Shown here: one piece after another, positions 27,101 through 39,100 of the stretch
How positions within the stretch are numbered: position 1 is the first letter of the stretch
How the letters are laid out: each line of letters starts with the position of its first letter
Source: Perna viridis
Taxonomy: Eukaryota
Length of the DNA stretch: 64,000 nucleotides
NCBI GenBank assembly: GCA_037379345.1
Contig: CM074513.1
Span: forward strand, 37,196,885-37,260,884
Direction of reading: 5' to 3'
Notes under the pieces: model-generated
Databases searched by the model: none
What the model saw: the letters and a program-made list of their open reading frames with translations, nothing else
Told to the model about the DNA's origin: nothing
Translations under genes and position numbers: made by a program

Positions 27101-30100
27101 AAATGATTGTTTGCAGTACTAAATCTTCACTTTTATGGTAAATTGACATTCATATAGATATACCTGTTCACCCTCCCATATAAGGGGGAAGACTCCTGCA
27201 AAATCAGTTTAAAATCTCCAACATAAAAATGTGAGATTTGTGTGGGTTTGTGGTTAAAATTTTTTATATTTTCTGCAAAAAATACTAAATAATTGAATTT
27301 TACATAAAAAATTAGCTTTTACAAATTACATTCTAGTCAGTGGGGTAAATCTCCCACTTGAACTGTTCCAAAGGTTAACAGATATGTATCAATTTTGTAA
27401 CAATTAAGACATACTCTTACGTTTTTCAGACTTAATGTTTAATTGATTTCTTCACATGAGATTTTTATGGCATACAAAGAGGTAGCAATACTGAATATGG
27501 AAACAAAGCAAAATCCTTGTACAAGAGACAGTACTGGGAACACGAAAATTACAACACGCAAATCATACAACATAACAGAACCATAACAAAAAGATGTATA
27601 TTGCACTATCCTTAAACAGTAAACTCCATGAATTAATACTAAGAAACTATGCCATGTTCATTTACAGATGTACTGGAGAAGGTTGAATGGCTGGCTACCA
27701 TGACGACAGGGGCAGATAGCTTGACATATAAAGTTCCTATCAGTAGCTCTGCTTTCCTGTCAGTAGGAGGGAAGTTTACAGCAACATTGACTGGTGTTGA
27801 TCTAAATACTAGTAAGTTCTGTTAAGTGAAGACCTTCAATCCTACCAATACTGATAAGTTCTGTAAAGCAGAGACCTTCAATCCATCAATACTGGTAAGT
27901 TCTATAAAGACCTTCAGTCCTACCAATACTGGTAAGTTCTGTAAAGACCTTCAGTCCTACCAATACTGGTAAGTTCTGTAAAGACCTTCAGTCCTACCAA
28001 TACTGGTAAGTTCTGTAAAGACCTTCAATCTTACCAATACTGGTAAGTTCTATAAAGACCTTCAGTCCTACCAATACTGGTAAGTTCTATAAAGACCTTC
28101 AATCTTACCAATACTGGTAAGTTCTATAAAGACCTTCAGTCCTACCAATACTGGTAAGTTCTGTAAAGACCTTCAGTCCTACCAATACTGGTAAGTTCTG
28201 TAAAGCAAAGACCTTCAATCCTACCAATACTGATAAGTTCTGTAAAACAAAGACCTTCAGTCCTACCAATACTGGTAAGTTCTGTAAAACAAAGACCTTC
28301 AGTCCTACCAATACTGGTAAGTTCTGTAAAACAAAGACCTTCAGTCCTACCAATACTGGTAAGTTCTGTAGACTGTAAGAATCACATAAGCCTTCAACTC
28401 TAACAATACTTGTAAGTTCTTTAGACTGCAAGAATGACATAAGCCTTCAACTCTAACAATACTTGTAAGTTCTGTAGATTGTAAGAATCACACAGGCCTT
28501 CAATTCTACCAATGCTGGTTTTTGTAATACATGTGTTGAATTTTGCATTGTGTTTAACACATTGTTTTGATACATGAATTTAATATCATATTGTAGGTTC
28601 ACTACAAACATAGTTATGATGAAAAATTAAATTTGGCATAGCAATCACCAGTGCAGTTATTTGGAAGGATTCCTTTATTTGAAATCATGAAAAAATACAT
28701 TTTTTAATTTGAACTTTTTTTTTCATTTTCAGTACCCTCCCTAGGTGCTTACAACACTCCTGTTCTTGGTTCCAAGAAAATAGTAGAGATACCAGTCACT
28801 ATCAACCAGGCTAATGGAGAAATTGGCTTCCAAAATACCTACACCATAACAGTCAGTGAACCTGAAAACAGTCCTTACCCTGTGAGTTGTCTTTTTTCAT
28901 CAAATAATATTTGTTGTAACCTGTTTTTAAATGCCATTGGTGTTATGTGAAAAGCTATTAGAAAGGTAATGTTTTTGCTCATTAGATGAGTGATCAAGTG
29001 TTAGTTGAGATCACCTTTTTATAGATATTACTTTCCTTCTTTCAAATTTTAGGTAAACCTCAAACTAAGCAGAGAAGGTACAAGTGGTCAAGCTACTATA
29101 AGTTGGTCATTAGCTGGATCTGGTAACAACTCTGCAGCAGTAACCCAGGATGATACTGGTCCTACTTCTGGCACTGTTGTCATGGCAGCTGGTATGTGAC
29201 AAAATATTTCATCATCTGTACAAGTACCTTGATGTTATACAGCTGGTCTTTTTTGTAATTAAACTTCTAGTTGTATAATGATGGGTTATAGCAAAATTCA
29301 AACTATAACAAAACTATATATTACTGATATTACTTCAGAGTTAATCCAATAAAGACTTGAAAATGTGGTCTGCTATAATTTTGTCATGAAAAAGGTTGCC
29401 AAGAAATGTTGCCGTTTTCCTACAGATTCTTTTTAACTATTATATCAAAGCATGATGCACAATATTCATCCTTGTCTTTTGACAGACAAATCTGAGACAG
29501 ACTTTTCCATCCTTATCAATCCGGATGATGTACCAGAACTAAGTGAAGAAATAACAGTGACTTTGACCTTTGTAAATCCATCTGATACTCAGAGGTTAAA
29601 ATATGGGTCTACACAAGTCAAGATAATCATCTTAGAGAATGACAACCCTGGTGGAACTTTTCAATTCTCATCAGAAATGCAAGACTCATATCAAGTTCAG
29701 GTTAGTTATATAGGAACTTCAGTCTATTGGTGTAACGCTACCTAAGGCTACTTCACTAACTGCTCATTGAAGTGTTATAATTACCATTCTGTCTAAGAAT
29801 CAGACAATGGGTGGCTCATCATATTTCTCAATTAAGTCTTTTTTGCCTAAAATATATTCAATACATCTAGAAAACAACTGAAATTATCCCGATGCATCTA
29901 TGACTTGGATATTTTTTGACTACTTATAAAGTGTGGGAAAATTTTCCTGCCATTTTTGCCAAAGAGGGTCTGCAGTCCTACCACAACACTTGTTATTCCC
30001 GTAGTGGTATTAATTCAATGTGGATCCTGAAAAATTCAAAAGATCTTTTGGAGAAAATCAGTTCAATACTATTATCTGAATATAATAGCATTAAAACCTA

Positions 30101-33100
30101 TGATTTTTCAACACTGTATACTTCTATTCCCCATACTCAGTTAAAATCCCGACTTTAAAACATTATACATCGTTGTTTTTCCAAAAAAGATGGTACACTT
30201 AGATACAAATATATAGTTCTTGGTAGAGATTCCTCATACTTTGTAAGAAATAATTCCAAATCATCTTCCAAATATACAGAGGAAGATGTTTACAAAATGC
30301 TGGAATTTTTAATCGACAACATATTTGTCCAGTGTGGTGGACGTGTTTTACAACAAACAGTCGGCATTCCAATGGGAACAAATTGTGCTCCTTTACTTGC
30401 TGACCTATTCCTTCACTCTTTTTAGGCTGACTTTATAGCTGATCTGATCAGAAAGAAAGAATATTGTTTGGCTAGATCCTTCAATCTCAGTTTCCGCTAT
30501 ATAGATGATGTGTTATCTTTAAACAATCCTAATTTCGGGGATTTGATACATCGCATCTACCCCAAAGAACTTGAGATGAAGGATACTACAGACACTGTGA
30601 AGTCAGCCTCATATCTTGACCTACACTTAGAAATCAATGGTAAAGGAAAACTATTGACCAAACTTTACGACAAACGTGATGACTTTTCATTCAGAATTGT
30701 CAACTTTCCTTTCATCTGTGGCAACATCCCTTCAGCACCTGTGTATGGAGTGTTCATATCACAACTCATACATTATGCCAGAGCTTGCCGAAACTACACA
30801 GACTTTTTGTATCGCGCTAGAACTCTAACAAATAGGCTTCTGGAACAGGGTTATGTTGCTACAAGATTGAAGTCATCACTACAGAAGTTTTATGGTTGTC
30901 ATCATGAACTCATTCATCGTTATGGTGTATCCATCTGCACCATGAAAACTGATTTATTCAACAGATCATAGTTTTCCTTTACTCGTTTGTCTACCCCGGA
31001 CTGGACTTTTTATGAGCAACTCGGCAGGTGTTTCTAGAAAAGCAGAGGACGCTTACCCTACCGGTGCACCTGGTCCATGCTCCCAGTTTTTAGTGGAGTC
31101 CGAGTTGCTCATTTGCTTTTATTACTTTGTGTGTATGATTTTAGTTACTTTATGTTTTTTGTTGTGTATGTCTGTTTTCCATGTCTGGTCTTTGTCCATG
31201 GATTACATTCTTTTGATTACCACTATAACCTTGGTTCCCTTGATTACTCTTCCATAGTGTATTTCAAGTAAATTTGACCAGTTGATATCTTTAAAAAGCA
31301 AACTTTACAAACACATTGATTGATATTACTGGAGATATGAGGTTTGATACCTGGATAATGCATGTGCCACACCTTATATACATTTGCCTGATTATTAGAC
31401 AGAGGAGCACTTTATGATTTACTTTAATATTATTAAAAGTATTAGGTATCAGGTATGTAAAATCTCTCATATGTAAATACATTCACACTTATCACTTGGC
31501 TTCAAATGACACCAAAATTTATTCTGAATGACCTTATAACAGCAGAGAAACAATGTAAGTTTAGGTAATGACATAATCAATTTTCCAATGGGAAAATATT
31601 TTGTTTTCCTCAATTATACCCATGAGTTGGAATATGTCTAAAAAAAATTATCCTGAAAATTCACACACACAGGTTGTTACATGTGAATTTGTACAGTGAA
31701 TTATCATGTATAATGAAAAATATTAGATAAGCTTGTGAAGGATGAAAACGATGAAAACATTAATATTAGCAATAATTACAAAATATGACTGCATTATTTG
31801 AACATTTATTGGAGTTCTTGATTTAATGCTGTTTCAGGAAGGAAGTGCTCCAATAGATATAGTGGTAACCAGATCTGGTGGATCTCTCCTCAGACAGTTT
31901 GTACAGTATACAGTTGTTCCTAATGGAGCAGTGGAGTTTTATGGATACACCAATGTCCTTAGATTTGATCCAGGAGTTAACAGGATGTCAGCTGCTCTTC
32001 TGCCTATTGCTGATGGTGTTCCTGAGGTAAGTTACCACCTTTTTATATCGGAAGTTTACCACAATCACATTGAACCTAGGTCATTGTAAATAAATAATCA
32101 GTACTTTTGGTGATCAAAAGTATCCAAGATAAAGCTGAAAAAGTGTAATTTACCATTTGTTTCAAAGGTATGACTATTGTTTACATGTGTGGTGTTTTAT
32201 ATTTATGCTGCTTGTTGTAAGAAAACAAATTATATATAATGGTAAAATTGTATGTGTATAAGGCATACAGTAAGAAATCGTGAATAATTTTCCAATTACT
32301 AGTGATATACATTTTTGATAAGAAACATGCTAATCATTATGCCGTTGCTCATCCTTTTAAAAGGGTTAATTTGTGAATTTTGTGATTCAGCAACTGTATT
32401 GTAGACAATACAGGAAAGTGGGGTGAACAATGCTAGATGTGCATCATCACTAATTTACCGAAGAGGTTTTTCTTGTATAACTAGTGTCTGTCTAGTATTA
32501 GCATATATATGCACTTGGTACATCCTGTTTTTGTGGTGTTCTAATAGACTAATTTTTTTTTCTTTTGCAGAAAGAGGAGGCCTTCACATTGTCCCTTAGG
32601 TCCTATGGCAACAACTCAGCCACCATAGGGTCAAGGTCACAGATCAGTATTACAGTTTTGGAGAATGATAACCCCTATGGGTTGATTCTATTTGAAGATG
32701 ACCCTCCTGTTGTGTATTTAGGTCAGATTAATTTTATATTTTCTGGTACCATTGATACTGTCATAACATAGACACTTTTCAAAAAAAAAATTTCTTTAAC
32801 TATTCTGCTGAAAAAGTCATTTTAAAAACACTATATTACTTTATAGCTTTTAGGTATTATTTTTTTTAAATTTTGCCCATGCTGATAGCATTTGGTAATG
32901 AAAAATCAAAACAAAATGAAATAATTGTATTTGATTTACTGTCTAGTGTGGGATCCAAGGAGAGTGTATCTTGCTGTTGGAACACTCCCTTTTGTTGCAA
33001 AATTTTGTTAATTTCATGCAGAATTTAGGCAAATATTAGCTTAAACCCCACTGGACCCCAACTTTTTTAAAATTCCCATGCTGTCCTTTCACGTCAAAAC

Positions 33101-36100
33101 ACATTTTACATTTGACCACTAAAGTTGTTCTATTATTCAATGACCAAATAAAGTTTCAAATGACATTCCTTATAAAAAAACTTAAGTTTACTTGAATATT
33201 TACAGATGAAAGTACTTTGAGTCGAACCATCTCCCACTCTATCTCAGTCCGTAGATCCAAGGGATCCTTTGGTAGTGTGTCTGTATCCTGGGATATCATT
33301 CCTAACGACCAATCAGCTGATATAACTCCCATGTCAGGTACTATAACCTATGGAGACAGACAGGATCAAGGAAGTATCCTCATTTCTACACTCGCTGATG
33401 ATGTAAGTCATTAAGAATCTAACTCCTGTACAAGTGCAATATAGGGAAATTTCAGACACCTAATGGTAAGATTTTATCGTTGTGTAACGAGGCTCCCCTA
33501 GATAGAGAACTATTACATTTTATACAAGGATGTCTGAGATTTCCCAATCTTCCATGAGAAAAGTGGGTGTTCTGTCTCAACAGCTAAAAATAGGAATATT
33601 CTTTAGTGAGAAAATGTCTTCTCAATGTAATGATACTTTAATTAAAAGTTAATATTAGAGAAATTTTGAAATTATTTCTCATTTCCTTAGCACATTCAAT
33701 TAGATAAGCTCATGTGTTTTTGGTTTTTGCTATTTTAATTCAAACATTGATTAAGATGGAGAGTTTATTATTTTGCTATCAATTACCTGTCTAAAATGAA
33801 TATTAATAGACAGAAATATCTGAGCACATTTTTTTTTGTTTTTGGTAAAATTTAACATGACCATTCTCATTGTATACTGGCAGTAAGATCAGGCATGTTT
33901 TTTTCATAATTGAATAGTTACTGCATTTCTTTCCTAAAATTTGCATGTGATTTGGGTTTCATTGGTTTGAGTGAATGGAATAAGCAGTTTCCTATTAGCT
34001 TGGGATATGGCTATTCAATAATACTGTAAGCATGGACTTTTTTTGCCTGATCAAGTAAGACCAACTTTACCGTAGAAATAAACTACTGACTACTTGAAGA
34101 AAAACTAGTATAAAAAGATAACAAAAAGAACAAAAAATCAGAATTCATAAATGTTTGTTGTTTAATCTATAGATACCAGAAGGTGCAGAGAACTTCACCA
34201 TTCAGCTTAAGAACCCTACAGGAGGAGCTATACTAGGTTCACCAAGTACTTTCACTGTTATCATTAACAAGAATGATTTCCCTGTTTACTTCTCAAGTAT
34301 GTTTTATATGGCTTATTTAACCTTGAAAACTGTGCATCATTTTGGTCCAATTGATCTCTAGATGTTTTAAAAAATAGTTGGTTGATAATTTTATTGTAAA
34401 TCTCTGTTTTACTGTTTTATTGTGTTAATATTGAAATCAATTAAAAAAAATTTCTTCTGTAAGGAAATTACTACAGTGTGACATTTCCATACATATAGGA
34501 GTGTCATTGGTACAAGTGTATCCCATTTTTGCCTCCTTCTTCAATGAAATGGTTGGCTTCTATCCGCTGTGCTTACATCACCAAAACTTTGGAGAACCAA
34601 GTACATTGACACTGACAATCAGATTTTGTTAAAAATCATGAATGTTTCAAGGGTAATGGGCTTTAGATATTTGTGATTCAATTCAGTGAATGACTAATTA
34701 ATAGCTAGGTGTAGCAATCTTTTTTAGACTTTTTGAAGCCTCATTGGGGATTTCTGGTAAAGCAACGTTATTCAATCTTAATATCAATAAATAGCAATAC
34801 ATGTCCTACAAAACCTCCTAGGCTAGAGCCTGTGTAGTAAACCATTAAAGTAGATTTATGAGTAAATATGAGTAAATGTTTCATTCCTTTCAAATCTTGT
34901 ATTTCAGACCCTGTTTACTATGTTGCTGAAGGTTCTGTAGTTACCATCACAATCAAAAGGGAAGGTGATGCCAGCCAATCAGAATCTGTCAAATACAAAA
35001 CCTTAGATGGATCAGCATTGGTTGGGGACTACAACAAACTAACCAATCAGGATGCTGTGTTTGGTGTCGGCCAAACAGAAGTGTCCTTTCTTGTTACCAT
35101 TAATGAGGATGACTTGCCTGAAGGAAATGAAACTTTTTATATTGAAATATTCCAAATTATGGGTAAATATTTTATATCTCAATTGATCTTGTCTTTCATG
35201 TTTTTTTGTTGTTGTTTTTTTTTTTTATTGTTGTCGTGACAAATTTTTTTTCTTGATTTTCTTTAAATAATTTGGTTAAGAAAGAAAATTGTTTAAGGTA
35301 AAGTGTTTAGATTTCCTTTTGCTGTAGGTCATATATACTTTAAGACCAAGGGAAGGGAATGAAAACCATAAACACATGGTGCCTTTTTTTTAAAGTTTTA
35401 AAATTGTCATATATATGAAAGTAAATAATGTACATAAAATTTCTATTATAAAAAACATAACTGCAAGTGGTAAAATCTATGATGCTTTTTGTAAAGGTGA
35501 TTTAGTGGCCACTCAGGGAACCAATTGTTCTATTGTGATACTAGCCAATGATGAAGCCTATGGAGTATTTAGATTTATGCCACCTTTAGCTGTCACTGCT
35601 GAGGAAGGGAGCCATGTGGATTTAACGTTAGTACATATAAATGAAGTAGCTATGACTATAAACAATATTGATGACTTTATCTAGTTGTAACTCTTAAACA
35701 TTAAATTGAAATGTATACCAACTATTTTGTCCAATTTTCATCCCCTCTTGTTATATTTTTTTTCCAAACAGGAACTTATACATGTACAATTTGGTAGATT
35801 AATTTGAAATTATTATAATTTTCATCTATTCATCTTGAATAGAATATGGAGAGACAGAGGAGCATTTGGTGAGGTAGAAGTATCATGGGAGGTAATTGAT
35901 GCCATCACAAATACCATGCCTCCAGATAACAGTGAGTTTGAGAAATCTAACGATACCGTGTACTTTGATGAAGGAACCTACCAACAGACATTACGGATAC
36001 TCCCTAGATCTGACTCAGCTCCTGAGAAACAAAGGAAATATATTGTCAAGCTAACAGATGTGGAAGGTAAAGTTTCTTGTATGAGTTTGAACAAAAGTCA

Positions 36101-39100
36101 AATTGTAAGTTTGAATGCTTTTCTGAAGTAAAACTGATTACAGAGATACTATTTTATATTAACAATTTACATAATATTTGTCATGATGGAGCAGGTACAG
36201 TGTTATAAAGGACAATAAACATTACAACAAATTGGATGTATCTGCATCTGATAAAAAAACATGTAATGTTCAATGGATGAAGAAATTAATTATTAACCAT
36301 TCTAGATGACACAATCCTTATCATTTTAATTCTCAGATTTATCTTTTAACAGTTGTGGTTGGTAGAAGTGGTGTACAAAACCTTGCCAAATTATCTGACA
36401 CCAATACACAAGTAATCCTGACCATTGAAGAAAGTGATGACCCCTATGGAAGATTTGCCTTCACCTTGAACTCAACAGAGGTCACAATTGCAGAGGACTT
36501 TTATCCTGGAGAGGAGGCTAAATCTACTGCTAGGTTTAATGTTGAGAGGAGACAAGGTGGCTTTGGTAATGTTCAGGTTGGTATACAATGTGATTGAGAC
36601 AAGGAAAATGACAGATGATTAATTAATCTTCTAAATTCATTTTTTTTCATGCATAAGATTTATCAGATAATTAACTACCTGTTTAATAATATTTTTTTCA
36701 ATGTTTAAACAACAAAATTGTAATCTCTACAAATACCATGAAATGTTATCCCCACAAAAACCACAAAATGTTATCCCCACAAAAACCATAAAATAACATC
36801 CCCACAAAAACCACAAAATAATATCCCCACAAAAACCATGAAATGTTATCCCCACAAAAACCACAAAATATTATCCCCACAAAATCCATGAAATGTTATC
36901 TCCACAAAAACCATGAAATATTATCCCCACAAAAACCACAAAATGTTATCTCCACAAAAACCATGAAATGTTATCCCCACAAAAACCACACAATATTATC
37001 ACCACAAAAATAATGTTTTTTCGGTAGGTAATTAAATTTTTCTTGTTGAAAATAAGTTTTTTTTTTAAACTTATATTAAACAGTTTAATCATTAGTTCAC
37101 TGAATGATATTAAAAAAAATCAGTTTTTGTTTTTCAATTATTTCTTAATAAGGTTGTTTGGGAGTTTTACACTGACCCAGTTGGTGTAACCATGCCAACT
37201 GTATATGACCTTATGATCTTGGCCAACCCAGCATCAGATGTTAGTAGACGTCCTCAGAAAAGACGGATCTTCACTGGGACTGATGTCATGTACTTCACAG
37301 GCGCTGTCAGTAAGTAGAATGAACAGTATGATGTGACTATGATTTCTACTCACTCAAAGCCTCATGGTATTACTAATAACCAGAAACAAGGTTCAAATCA
37401 TATGCAGTCATAAAACCACAATTTACACTCCGTCTGTAGGTCCATAGTGATCCTCATATCCAGTTGTCTGTTCATTCATTTTAATCTGTAATGCTTTTGG
37501 TTTCCAATCTATATTTATAGAACCTCTCAACATTACATTTCAAACTTAAACGCATTGCTTTGAATCATAAGATACAGGTGTATTTTGATAATGGTTTATA
37601 TTGCCTTAATTTGTTATAAATTATGGCCATTTTCACTTCAGTATTCAATAATAACTTTCTTTAGTTGAGCATAGATAGTATTTACTCTGAACCTGGTTTG
37701 GTTTATGGAGTAATTTGTTAAATGAGATCAATCAATCATGAATCATGAAATGCTTTAATCACACATCTACTATAGATCCCTTACTGTTACTTGTACTTTT
37801 TCCTTAAAATGCACAATTAGTTATATAAATTTGATTTAATCTTTAGTAATTTCAATACTTTCTGATTTTTTTTAGCTCACCTGGCCAAAGGCCATACGAT
37901 CTAATGCCATCACTTGGCATCCATTGTCATTAACAATTTTTCAAAACTCTTTCCCTCTGACACTACTTGACCAATTGGAACCATACTTAGTATGAATGTT
38001 TCTGGGGTATCCTGCATAGAACTGAGGTTTGAATTTTTGATTTGTTGAAAAACATGGCCGTTGTTACTAAAAATAGAACATAGGGGTCAGACAGTAGTTT
38101 TTCACATATATTTCCTAAACCGTTACCTTTAGCCAAATTTGACAGGGTAAAAGTGATCAGAATGATGAGATCAATCTGCGATGTAATTCTCATTTTAATC
38201 CGTTGAGCCATGTTGGAGTTATTGCCCATTTTTGACATTTTTTTGTTATTTTTAATGTTATTTCTTTCAAAAATATTCTCCTCTGACACTGCATGACCAA
38301 TTGGAATCAAACTTGGTATGAATGTTCCTCGGGATATCCTACATAGAAGTGATGTGGGGATTTTTGATCCGTAGACAAAACATGGCCACCATTACTAAAA
38401 ATAGAACAAAGGGGTCAGACAGTAGTTTTTTGCATATATATCCAATACAGTTAGTTTTAGCAAAATTATTTCAATTGCTGAAATGACCCTTATTATAAGG
38501 CCTTCAAAAGTCTTCAGGGATCAAAGTTGTCAGGGGACTCATTGTAAGAGTTATTGCCCTTGAAAGATGAAAAATGACTTTTTTTTTTTTACAGCTTTCA
38601 GCCAATATCTTGAAAACTGGTATATTTATAAAGAAACTTTTAATTGCTAAATTTTACAATTTTCAGCCAATATCTTGAAAACTATAATAGATAGAAACTT
38701 TCAATTGCTAAATTTTACAGTTTTCAGCCAATATCTTGAAAACTATAATAGATAGAAACTTTCAATTGCTATATTTTATGGTTTTCAGCCAATATCTTGA
38801 AAATTATAATAGATAGAAACATACTTTCTATTGCTGAAATGATTCTAATGATAAGTCCTACCAAAGTCTTCTTGAGCCAAAATTGTTGGACAACTCCTTG
38901 TTAAATTTATTGCCTTTGAAATACAAACTTTAACAAGGTGAGCGATTCAGGCTCCTGGGAGCCTCTTGTTTCATTTTTATTCTTAATTTGGCAGCAGTTT
39001 AAATTATATTATTGAACTTTTTGATTTAATTTATCAGACAGCTATTTGACGATATCTAGTAAATACCAGCCTCCACCAGAAGAGTTGAAGAATGGTTACT

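Noticed and set aside
27805-28520. Regular 37-bp repeats resembling a CRISPR array; ORF 28105..28440 (-)
   Set aside because: Units are head-to-tail with no unique spacers, there are no cas genes and the context is a eukaryotic intron. The ORF is just the translated repeat.
30156-30425. In-frame stops in the RT as selenocysteine or readthrough codons
   Set aside because: They are TAA and TAG, each one substitution from a plausible sense codon (AAA, GAG), not TGA.
31012-31271. ORFs 31012..31257 and 31077..31271
   Set aside because: They lie in the non-coding 3' tail of the retroelement, and their hydrophobic composition reflects T-rich sequence.
37987-38310. 107-aa minus-strand ORF
   Set aside because: It lies inside the HINE-like repeat and shows no transposase or helicase motifs.
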